A stretch of DNA of 63,202 bases, filler included. It is 7 parts of 7 records of this genome, joined end to end, with 100 filler letters (N's around TTAATTAATTAA, not from the genome) between each part and the next. Parts side by side here need not be neighbours in the genome. Positions count along the whole stretch, not along the records: positions 1 to 13,569 come from SRR31147125_13505; positions 13,670 to 25,847 come from SRR31147125_13506; 5 more parts are not named here. The stretch is one strand, 5' to 3'. A program made the position numbers and the translations under genes. Positions 10,714 to 19,313 of the stretch are shown here, piece by piece. Each line of letters begins with the position of its first letter. The stretch's first letter is position 1. The notes below the pieces were generated by a model, which did no database searches, was not told where the DNA came from, and was given only the letters and a program-made list of their open reading frames with translations.

Positions 10714-11853
10714 TTAATCGATTGCCTCTATTTCATTTGTAATCTGTAATTCACCATTTTGAAATTTCAGAACAAGATCCCGAAATGTATCCAGAGATAT
10801 AGCCTGACCATTTAAATAAAGAACACCAGTGGGTTTGAAATTAAAAAGTTCTCCTCCGCTCTCAAAGAGCGCATCAAACCGATCTCCAAGTAATAGTCTT
10901 AATTGATTAACAATTTGTATCTGCTCAAATGACATGACCCCGCCTTCAAGACTACCGATTTTAAACGCCCAGATCTCACTGGGTAACTCTACCGGAGCGC
11001 CTGAACTTTGTGCAATGCCTGTTATTTGCCAGATATAAGTTCTACCTGGTTGTAATGGAAAGGCTCCTGCAGCAGGATATTGAAAGGCTGTGGTACTAAT
11101 AACATTTTCAGCCAAAACTGCCGGATCTGAACTGACTCTTAGTGTTTTGTCAAAGATGATTCTGTCACTGAGGATTTCTTCAGGGCTCATGTTTTCATGA
11201 ATGCCTGCTAATTTTTCGGCAATAACAAGGCGGAATTCTTCCATATTGGATTCCCAGCGGAAGAATGGCTGTAATGAGAAAATGTGCTGAATCTCTTCCG
11301 TATTTGCATCAGATCCCGGTGAGATCAGATCCAGGGTCGTTGGATTGGTGACATCAATGCTAAATCGTTCTGTACCAATAATATTCGTTTGTTTCGTCAG
11401 GTTGAATTCAAAATCATAAATGTCACTTGGTAATTTCCCTGTCTCAAGTATCTTGTTAATCAGATCTTCACCACCTTGTTCAATGCTATATTCTTCCAGG
11501 GAGAATCTATCGGACTGACTAAACAGGTTTTGATTGGTAATGAGGATATGTTCATTGGGTTTAATTTCGAAAGGATTTGTGCGTCCAAATGCCAGCTCAC
11601 CTTGCGTCCGGCCCACAATACGCATATCCATTATACATGTTTCTGTTTGTGGTGAAAAACTTGTAATTTCAATCTGGAACAGGTCTGTGCCTACAGAGCC
11701 TTTTCCGGTTAGGTTAAAATCATTTAAAAAGAAGACGCTTAAATCAGGATTTGTCAGTGTAACTCTGATGACAATATCTTGTGCGTTCGACGTCGAATAA
11801 ATTAATGTTAAAACAATCCCCTGTATCAACAGAGAAAAAAGACGACGTTTCAT
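10714..11853 (-). CDS. Secreted hypothetical beta-sandwich protein (TANFOR/DUF928-like motifs)
   Basis: Signal peptide ending AQ; TGKLPSDIYDF, LDLISPG, PFFRWES, YPAAGAFPLQPGRTYIWQI, SEIWAFKI. The family resemblance is from recall and has not been searched. Confidence 0.6.
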   Translation of the reverse strand: MKRRLFSLLIQGIVLTLIYSTSNAQDIVIRVTLTNPDLSVFFLNDFNLTGKGSVGTDLFQIEITSFSPQTETCIMDMRIVGRTQGELAFGRTNPFEIKPNEHILITNQNLFSQSDRFSLEEYSIEQGGEDLINKILETGKLPSDIYDFEFNLTKQTNIIGTERFSIDVTNPTTLDLISPGSDANTEEIQHIFSLQPFFRWESNMEEFRLVIAEKLAGIHENMSPEEILSDRIIFDKTLRVSSDPAVLAENVISTTAFQYPAAGAFPLQPGRTYIWQITGIAQSSGAPVELPSEIWAFKIGSLEGGVMSFEQIQIVNQLRLLLGDRFDALFESGGELFNFKPTGVLYLNGQAISLDTFRDLVLKFQNGELQITNEIEAID

Positions 11854-11900
11854 AGGACACTCCTTTCAAAAGAAAGACGACGATATTATAAGTACTTGAT

Positions 11901-11917
11901 GGCAAAAAAAGTGCCAG
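11901..11917 (-). promoter_or_regulatory. Sigma54 (-24/-12) promoter of the 11853->5225 operon
   Basis: Minus strand CTGGCAC-TTTTT-TTGCC is a perfect TGGCAC-N5-TTGC, about 48 nt upstream of the ATG, which has an AAAGGAG RBS. Confidence 0.8.
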
Positions 11918-12001
11918 CATTAACAGGCCATATTGACCGTCTGTTATGCTCAAAATGCAGGATAAATGTATCAAAAGAGGTAATGATTTGTCATTTATTG
12001 G

Positions 12002-12028
12002 TATACTGTCTCACTTGATAACAGTATA
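12002..12028. promoter_or_regulatory. Inverted repeat, candidate enhancer-binding-protein site
   Basis: TATACTGT-N11-ACAGTATA, ~85-110 nt upstream of the -24 box, the usual position for a sigma54 activator site. Confidence 0.4.
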
Positions 12029-12386
12029 ACTATTTAATTTTCATTTGATAAAAAGCTGAATTTTGTCAGTTTCTTATACCAGGTTTAGAGTCACGTATTA
12101 CTATATGTTACAAATTAACTCATTTTTTGGTATAAACCAATCATGTTCCGCTAAATTTTTTGTTCTTTTGTTAATAACAACCAATGAGAGTATAAAACTT
12201 GATAATACCGTTTTTAATTAAAACGGAATTTAATAAAAATAATTCATCATTTTTAATATATGGGTAGGAACCATATTAAAGATCTTTGAAAATGTGCTTA
12301 TTCCCACACAAAATCAAAGATCCTAATGGTGTTAAAAAGTATGCCTTTTAATAATATGCAGTTGATATTATCAGGGGTGATGTTAA

Positions 12387-13569
12387 TTAAAAGTAATACC
12401 AAATTGATCTATAGTCTTGGATATTTTCACCCCGCTGTTCCAATTCTTTGAGATAGTCATAAATAGAAACATCCGTATCAATAAATGAATCTGCAAGAGA
12501 AAGATTTTTTTCCCAGGGGTGAAATTCATATACTCGTCTGCCATCTGGTAATAATGTTAATAAACGATGATGCTGTTGTGCACGGATATAATTTTTCCCT
12601 AATTTTGGAACATTGTAAACCGGTTCGTCAGTACGAAGAAGTCCAGGGATTAGTCTGGCTTCTTCTTTAACCTCCTGCTGCAATCTGGCCAGAGGAACAC
12701 GATATGCCTTGGTTTCTTCCTTACCTTTTGTATTAAAAGTATAATATGGATCAACCCCGATTAAACGCAATTTTTTACGCAATGCGACCAATTCAAACCT
12801 TCTGCTGTTTTCAAGTGTAAAAACAGTTTGATTATAAACAGACATGCCTCGTTTGCGAAATTGCTGAACAGCCTGCATGGACTGTGGTGTTATTTCATAA
12901 GGATGTTCAAAATGTGTCACCAATGCAATTTCACGTTTTCCTGGTACATGATGTTGAGATATTATATTCATCAGGTTATCTGTCAACCTGGACGGTAAAA
13001 CCACCGGTGTTCTCGAACCAATTCGAATTCGTTCAACATGATCTATTTCGGAAATCTTTGACAAAACATAATCAATGCGCTCATCATTCATGACAAGAGG
13101 ATCGCCGCCAGTGACCAGCACTTCGGTGATGGCAGGATGTTCCCTTAACCAATCGATAGCTGTATTTATTTTCTCTTTTGATGCTAATGCCTGTGGAAAC
13201 AAGACATCGTCAATTTCCCAATTGCGTTGGCAATAAACGCATATTTGGCTGCACGTGTTATAAGGTTTAAAGATGACGATGTTAGGGTAGCGTCGTGTAA
13301 TGAGATCGATTGGCGATGTGTCATGTTCCAGCATAAAATCACACGAAATATCGCTTTGTCCTGATTTAGCGAGCATTGCTTCAACGTAACTTAATGGTGG
13401 GATGACCTGGGCTCGGACAGCATGATCATTGCGACGATCAGCTTCAAAATCCATTAATGAGACATAGTATGGGGTTATTCCAAATGGTAATTTTGCTTCT
13501 TTAGCAAGATCAATAGCCTTTTTTTCTTCATCTGATAATTGAACTAGAGATGCAAGCTGAGAGGAATTT
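12387..13569 (-). CDS. KamA-family radical SAM protein (5' truncated at contig edge)
   Basis: CSQICVYC (CxxxCxxC), RRYP, LVTGGDPL, RIRIGSRTP, THFEHP; the frame stays open to the contig edge (LPFGITPYYVSLMD). Confidence 0.88.
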
Positions 13570-13669
13570 NNNNNNNNNNNNNNNNNNNNNNNNNNNNNNN
13601 NNNNNNNNNNNNNTTAATTAATTAANNNNNNNNNNNNNNNNNNNNNNNNNNNNNNNNNNNNNNNNNNNN
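13570..13669. other. Artificial contig-joining spacer
   Basis: 44 N + TTAATTAATTAA (stops in all six frames) + 44 N. Confidence 0.99.
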
Positions 13670-13697
13670 TTTTCCAAAGTTTTAAAACTTTGGAAAA
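13670..13697. repeat. REP-like perfect palindrome
   Basis: TTTTCCAAAGTTTTAAAACTTTGGAAAA, 28-nt self-complementary, at the contig end. Confidence 0.7.
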
Positions 13698-13714
13698 GTT
13701 GAAAAGAATTAGAA

Positions 13715-14698
13715 ATGATTAAAAAAACATTATTCCTAATAATTACTATTCTTGTTGCTCAGTTTGTAAGTGCTCAAACAGTAAACGAACTAATAAACAA
13801 TTATTCGGGCAAAGTCCAATGGAATGAAGAAGTTGGAGAACTAATTTTTACAACGGCTGGAGTAATTACTTTCGAAAATAAGGGCGAGCCCAAAAAACAC
13901 TTTTGGAATGTTCCGAGCGAGGTAAAGTTAATTACCATCAACGCCGATGTGCGCGTGGTTGGCGCATTTCATACCCGGGGCGATTGTACGATAAGAGGCA
14001 AGCACCGAAAAACATCGATGGTGTATGGCACCGATATTCAAAAATGGGCACAAACCATGGGAGTAAAAGCTTTTCGGCATTGCCAATTTCAGAATCTTGG
14101 AGGGGTGTTAACTATTCAAAAATTAACATCGCTCAATCCCTTTGGTTTTCATGTGCGTGGCGAAGGAAATGTGGTAATGGTAAGCGATTGCGATTTTATT
14201 GATAACCGTGGTGGCGCCGGCAACCACAGCGATGGTATTGAGGGTGGCGATGGTTCGGTTATAGATAATTGCTACTTTGAAACCGGCGACGATGTGATTA
14301 AAGTTTATCACGATTTAACGGTAAAAAACTGTACCATTAATATGGTGCAAAATGCGGTTCCTATTCAGTTAGGCTGGGGAAATACCGGCAACGATGTGGG
14401 GACATTTATCAACTTTACAATTATTGGCGATAGTGGACGTGGTAATGATGACCGTGCCATAATTGTTGGGCGCAACGGAGTCTACACCAAAACCATTAAT
14501 ATTTATGGTTGTAACATCAAAAATCCAAATGCCAGCTGGATAAGTTTACGTGGCAACGAAATGGTGGTAAATGGCGAAGTTACCAATGCTAATATTGATA
14601 TTGAAAAGTATTGGTCGAAGTATGCCAATGGGAAAAGTAATATGATAATTTGTGGAGAGAAAAATGAAAGTAATAAGTATGAATGCAATAAAAAGTAA
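13715..14698 (+). CDS. Secreted right-handed beta-helix protein (pectin-lyase fold, GH28-like)
   Basis: Signal peptide; NHSDGIEG...DNCYFETGDDVIKV resembles the GH28 NTDG/GDD motifs; repeated I-x-N-C-x-I turns. Confidence 0.62.
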   Translation: MIKKTLFLIITILVAQFVSAQTVNELINNYSGKVQWNEEVGELIFTTAGVITFENKGEPKKHFWNVPSEVKLITINADVRVVGAFHTRGDCTIRGKHRKTSMVYGTDIQKWAQTMGVKAFRHCQFQNLGGVLTIQKLTSLNPFGFHVRGEGNVVMVSDCDFIDNRGGAGNHSDGIEGGDGSVIDNCYFETGDDVIKVYHDLTVKNCTINMVQNAVPIQLGWGNTGNDVGTFINFTIIGDSGRGNDDRAIIVGRNGVYTKTINIYGCNIKNPNASWISLRGNEMVVNGEVTNANIDIEKYWSKYANGKSNMIICGEKNESNKYECNKK

Positions 14699-16748
14699 AA
14701 GAACAGGATTGAATTTGATTATCCTGATATTATCTGTTTTTAGTTTAAATGCGCAAACAGAAACGTTTCGGGCACCCTCGTATCCATTAATCACTCACGA
14801 CCCGTATTTCAGTATTTGGATGAATAATGAGGTGCCAACAAATTGCGAAGCCGGCCACTGGACACAAAAACCAATGCCCATAAGAAGTATGGTTCGAATT
14901 GATGGAAAAGCTTATCGTTTAATGGGCGAATCTCCGGCTTATGTTCAAGCTGCAAATTATATTGAAACCAAACTTTCGGCAACCCAAACAACTTTTGTGT
15001 TTCAACAAGATGGATTAGAGCTAAAACTGAATTTCCTGTCGCCTCTTTTGGTTGACGATTTGGACCTGGTTTCGCGACCTTTAAGTTACATCAGCTGGAC
15101 TTTAAATTCGCTTGACGGGAAAAAGCACAATGCCGAGCTTTATTTCGATATTTCAGGTTATGCCTGCATCAATCAAAAAGGGCAAAAGGTTGAATGGGAA
15201 AGTAAAAGTAAAAATGGACTTCAGGTATTGAAAATGGGTACGAAAGATCAACCCATTTTGCAACGCTCGGGCGACGATGTTCGCATTGATTGGGGGTATT
15301 TGTATTTGGCGGCAGCTACATCCGAAACCAATGAAACCTACAATGGAAGAAGTGAAGAAGCAATGGATGCCTTTGTTCTTGCTCAAAATTTTCCTGCCGA
15401 AAAGAAAGCTGACCGGGATTTACGCTTTGTAAATTACAATCCGGTGCTGGCAACAACTTTTAAGTTTGAAGTTGCGGAGGGCGAGACAGTACAACGAAAA
15501 GTGATGCTGGCTTACGACGATATTTATTCGGTTGAATATTTTAATGAAAAATTGGAGGGCTACTGGAAAAAGAAATTCGAAAATATGGAAGAATTGCTTG
15601 TTGCTGCCCAAAAGGAATACGATGATGTTAAAACAAGATGTGCGAAGTTTGATAAAGAATTAAACGATAATGCCACAAGCCTTGGTGGAAAAGAATATGC
15701 TGAAATTTGTAATTTGGCCCATCGTCAGTGTATGACTGCGCATAAAATTGTAAAGGATAAAAATGGAGAGCCACTGTGCTTTTCAAAAGAAAATTTCAGC
15801 AATGGCTCAATGGGAACGGTTGATGTTTTTTATCCGGCAGCACCTTACTTTCTTTATTTGAATTCGGAGTTAATGAAAGCACAAACTACGCCCATTTACG
15901 ATTATGCGGAATCGGGACGCTGGCCATGGCCGTATGCACCTCACGATATAGGGAAATATCCGCTTGGTAACGGGCAAAAATATGGGGGAGGCGAACAAAG
16001 CGAAGACAGCCAGATGCCCGTTGAAGAGTGTGGTAACATGTTAATTTTAGCAGCAGCCACTGCCAAAGTTGATGGCAATGCCGATTATGCAAAAAAATAT
16101 TGGAGCACAATGACAAAGTGGGCTGTGTACCTGAAAGAAAAAGGTTTCGACCCTGATAATCAACTCTGCACCGACGATTTTGCAGGGCATTTGGCACACA
16201 ACGCTAACCTGTCGGTAAAAGCGATTATGGGTATTGCTTCGTACGCTATGCTTTGCGAAATGCAAGGATTAAAAGCCGAGGCAAAAGAATACCAAAAGCT
16301 TGCCGAAAATATGGTGGAGGACTGGATGAAAGCTGCCGACGATGGCGACCATTATCGTTTGGCATTCGATAAACCGGGTTCCTGGTCGCAGAAGTATAAC
16401 ATGGTTTGGGACAAGTTGCTTGGTTTTAACCTATTCCCTGATGAGGTGATAAACAAAGAAATTGCTTTTTATCTGAAACAACAAAATCGTTACGGTTTGC
16501 CGCTCGACAGTCGCGAAACATACACCAAACTCGACTGGATATTATGGACAGCATCGATGGCTAGTTCAAATGAAGAATTTAAAGCATTAATTGCTCCTGT
16601 TCATACTTTCTTAAACGAAACGCCCAACCGCGTACCCATGACCGATTGGTACTGGACGAAAAGTGGCGAAATACGTGGTTTTATTGCCCGTTCGGTGGTT
16701 GGCGGTGTTTATATGGAATTGTTGAAAGAGAAATTACAAGCCCCCTAA
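14679..16748 (+). CDS. GtaA (glutaminase A)-family protein, DUF5127/DUF4965/DUF1793-type
   Basis: Signal peptide; RAPSYPLITHDPYFSIW, FSKENFSNG, TVDVFYP, APHDIGKYP, MPVEECGNM, NQLCTDDFAG, WSQKYN, YTKLDW, ARSVVGG. Confidence 0.85.
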   Translation: MNAIKSKRTGLNLIILILSVFSLNAQTETFRAPSYPLITHDPYFSIWMNNEVPTNCEAGHWTQKPMPIRSMVRIDGKAYRLMGESPAYVQAANYIETKLSATQTTFVFQQDGLELKLNFLSPLLVDDLDLVSRPLSYISWTLNSLDGKKHNAELYFDISGYACINQKGQKVEWESKSKNGLQVLKMGTKDQPILQRSGDDVRIDWGYLYLAAATSETNETYNGRSEEAMDAFVLAQNFPAEKKADRDLRFVNYNPVLATTFKFEVAEGETVQRKVMLAYDDIYSVEYFNEKLEGYWKKKFENMEELLVAAQKEYDDVKTRCAKFDKELNDNATSLGGKEYAEICNLAHRQCMTAHKIVKDKNGEPLCFSKENFSNGSMGTVDVFYPAAPYFLYLNSELMKAQTTPIYDYAESGRWPWPYAPHDIGKYPLGNGQKYGGGEQSEDSQMPVEECGNMLILAAATAKVDGNADYAKKYWSTMTKWAVYLKEKGFDPDNQLCTDDFAGHLAHNANLSVKAIMGIASYAMLCEMQGLKAEAKEYQKLAENMVEDWMKAADDGDHYRLAFDKPGSWSQKYNMVWDKLLGFNLFPDEVINKEIAFYLKQQNRYGLPLDSRETYTKLDWILWTASMASSNEEFKALIAPVHTFLNETPNRVPMTDWYWTKSGEIRGFIARSVVGGVYMELLKEKLQAP

Positions 16749-16765
16749 ATCCCCCGGGGGACTTT
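16741..16765. repeat. REP-like C/G-rich palindrome overlapping the stop codon
   Basis: CCCCCTAAATCCCCCGGGGGACTTT; resembles, from recall, a Bacteroidota CCCCCTAAATCCCCC..GGGGGACTT repeat. Confidence 0.5.
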
Positions 16766-17263
16766 TATATCTTGAATTGAACAAAGCATTTTTTTCTGTA
16801 TAATGAAGGATAAAAGTGTTGCGCATGGGTGACGAAATAATCTTTGTGCGCAAAAGTGTTCGTTATAAATGACAAAAAGTGACAAGTTTTGAAGGAATAA
16901 AACACCTGCCGTTAAAGAATTTTTCATACAATTTTAAATAAAAAGTGAAGAGATGCAATACTTGCTTTTATAGCCTGTTTGGTAGTTAGCTGCGTTTATA
17001 TGTAATTGTTAAAAATTAGTACTAATTGGGAATTAGTAAAAAGTGCCTTAAGTGTTAAACGGCAGTTAGTATTATCGTACTGTTTTGTTAATTTGGAATT
17101 AGGATGTTTAATGAAATAATAGGTATTAGTATTTCTGAAAATATTGGAAAGGACAGAAATGCATAGTTTTTAACAGCACAGTACAACTCAACAAATACTC
17201 CGAACAAAACAATCAGAAAAAGAAATACATTCTCATTTAATTTGTTGTATAGAAATTAAAACA

Positions 17264-18379
17264 ATGAGAATAATAGTCTTTTCTGTAATCGTTTTTATGT
17301 TTTTTGCCTGTAACCCAAGCAAAAAACAAGCATTCGAATACCAGAACCCAATTTCAAACGGAATTGATGAAAACGGTTTGCGCGATTGCCAAGTGCTTAG
17401 TGATGGCGATTGGTGGTATTTAACAGGCACATCGTATCCGCACTGGAGCCGTCAGGAAACCGGTGGGAAGCTGAATAAAGGTGTGGTTTTATATAAATCG
17501 AAAGATTTGCTGAACTGGCAATTTGTGGATTACATTGTTAAACGCCCGGCGATAGACAAGTGGTACCACCGTCGTTTTTGGGCTCCTGAGATTCAAAAAG
17601 TTGGCGGTAAATATTATGCACTATTTAATTGCAGAAACGATAGTTTGGGCTATGTTGGTCAGCACCCTGGATATGCCGTAGCCGACAACATTGAAGGACC
17701 ATACACAGTTGTAACAGATGACAAACCGCTTTGTAATGGCAATGACCTAACCTTTTTCGAAGACGACGATGGAAAAGTATGGGTATTTTGGAACCAGGGG
17801 CGAAAGTTCGGAATTGGTTTTGCACTAATTGATTTGGAAACAGCGACGTTTTTAACTGAGCCACAATCTGCCATTCAACCGGGTAAAGTTGATTACGAGT
17901 ACAAGGAGGACGGCTTAATTGCTCAAACTCCGGGGTACGATGGCAGACCAAAAAATAAAGTCTTAAAATACCACAGTTGGGATGCAATAGGTATCGAAGG
18001 TGCTTATGTAATCAAAAACAAGGGAGCCTATTATCTGTTTTACTCAAGCTGGACACGTGGCTACGAAATTGGTTATGCCACAGCATCCAAAATTACCGGA
18101 CCATGGACAAAACATCCCGACAATCCGTTTTATGGTGCAATGAATAAAGCTACCAGCGAAAAAAATGGCTTCGAATGGAGTGGCGACGAAAATAATCCTT
18201 TCAACCAGGTGGGACACAACGAAATCTTTAAAGGACCCGATGGACGCTTTTGGCTGTCGTGCCATGGCATTCAGGAAGACGGTGTGCCTAAATTGGTAAT
18301 CGACCCGATTTGGTTCGATGAAAAGGGGAACCTTAAATCTTCGGGACCAACTTATTCGAAACAGGTGGTTGAGTGGTAA
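17264..18379 (+). CDS. Glycoside hydrolase family 43 lipoprotein
   Basis: Lipobox-like FFAC; LRDCQV, WAPEI, GPY, ND..FEDDDGK, IEGAYV, GHNEIF five-bladed propeller motifs. Confidence 0.88.
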   Translation: MRIIVFSVIVFMFFACNPSKKQAFEYQNPISNGIDENGLRDCQVLSDGDWWYLTGTSYPHWSRQETGGKLNKGVVLYKSKDLLNWQFVDYIVKRPAIDKWYHRRFWAPEIQKVGGKYYALFNCRNDSLGYVGQHPGYAVADNIEGPYTVVTDDKPLCNGNDLTFFEDDDGKVWVFWNQGRKFGIGFALIDLETATFLTEPQSAIQPGKVDYEYKEDGLIAQTPGYDGRPKNKVLKYHSWDAIGIEGAYVIKNKGAYYLFYSSWTRGYEIGYATASKITGPWTKHPDNPFYGAMNKATSEKNGFEWSGDENNPFNQVGHNEIFKGPDGRFWLSCHGIQEDGVPKLVIDPIWFDEKGNLKSSGPTYSKQVVEW

Positions 18380-18383
18380 GGAT

Positions 18384-18402
18384 CTGCGGTTTCTAACCGC
18401 AG
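18384..18402. repeat. Short REP-like hairpin
   Basis: CTGCGGTT-TCT-AACCGCAG just after the stop codon, no U-tract. Confidence 0.45.
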
Positions 18403-18421
18403 TTATAATAACTAATTAAAT

Positions 18422-19018
18422 ATGAAAATTATGCGACCAAAGTTATATCGAGTATTGTTTCTAATAACCTTACTTGTTGTCGGGAAACTATCATCAGCTC
18501 AGCAGCCTAAACTTTTAATGGTAGTTCCTCCCGATAATTTTCACGACTCAGAGTTTTCTGATCCGATGATAGCTCTTGACTCTGCAAACATTCAGGTTAC
18601 AATTGCCAGTTTAAAAACCGGAAAGATTGGAGGTGTTCATGGCGATACTATTCAGGCAACCATACTCCTTGATAATACTGAAGCTTCAAATTTCGATGCT
18701 ATTTGCATAATGGGCGGGAAAGGAACCGGGAAATATTTGTGGGAGAATCAAAAAGTAAATCAATTAATAAACGATTTTCAAAAAGAAAAAAAGCTGGTTA
18801 CAGGAATTTGTGCCGGAGCCGTATCATTGGCACGGGCGGGTGTTTTAAAAGATAAAAAAGCAACCACTTATCCCGTAAAAGGATTTATTCGGCAGTTGGA
18901 AGAAAACGGTGCCATTTATTCCACAGATTCGGTTGTAATTGATAGCAACATTATAACAGCAAACGGACCGGAGGGGGCGCGAAAATTTGGTCGTGTAATT
19001 GTTGATCATCTTAAATGA
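18422..19018 (+). CDS. DJ-1/PfpI family protein with signal peptide
   Basis: FHDSEF, MGGKG, GICAGA nucleophile elbow, ITANGP. Confidence 0.9.
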   Translation: MKIMRPKLYRVLFLITLLVVGKLSSAQQPKLLMVVPPDNFHDSEFSDPMIALDSANIQVTIASLKTGKIGGVHGDTIQATILLDNTEASNFDAICIMGGKGTGKYLWENQKVNQLINDFQKEKKLVTGICAGAVSLARAGVLKDKKATTYPVKGFIRQLEENGAIYSTDSVVIDSNIITANGPEGARKFGRVIVDHLK

Positions 19019-19022
19019 AAAG

Positions 19023-19140
19023 GAACTCTGAAGGAGTTCAATAAAAATAGCCCCCGGTTTTAACCGAGAGTAAATAAGTAGCGTATGAACAAGGTGCATC
19101 CTATGCATCTAATCAAGGCACAAAAACAACCATGCACCGC
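19023..19140. repeat. Composite multi-hairpin intergenic element, copy A
   Basis: GAACTC-TGAAG-GAGTTC; CCCCCGGTTTTAACCG; GGTGCAT-N32-ATGCACC. Similar to 21247-21370. Confidence 0.6.
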
Positions 19141-19271
19141 AAATTGTACTCTCCTTCAAAATGTATATTTCAAATATTATTAGCGTCTTATCGCCTTTGC
19201 GAGATGTTCTTTTCTGTACAATCGTGTTAAACTTGCGTACCATCAGAAAAGTACAAACGCTTCAAAAAACA

Positions 19272-19279
19272 TAGATTTG
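19272..19279 (+). promoter_or_regulatory. Bacteroidota -7 promoter element
   Basis: TAGATTTG matches TAnnTTTG, 35 nt upstream of the ATG at 19314. Confidence 0.45.
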
Positions 19280-19313
19280 CCATCAAATAATTAACTAATT
19301 CGAATTTATTGTT

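Noticed and set aside
12387-13569. Specific call as lysine 2,3-aminomutase (kamA) or EpmB
   Set aside because: The gene is truncated and no pathway neighbours are visible; only the family is supportable.
13614-13625. Recurrent TTAATTAATTAA palindrome as a biological repeat
   Set aside because: Always centred in N-padded 100-nt spacers; it is an artificial six-frame stop linker.
16766-17263. 500-nt intergenic region as MITE or ncRNA (CTGCCGTT...AACGGCAG inverted pair)
   Set aside because: Only an 8-bp inverted match, no target-site duplication and no recognisable RNA motif.
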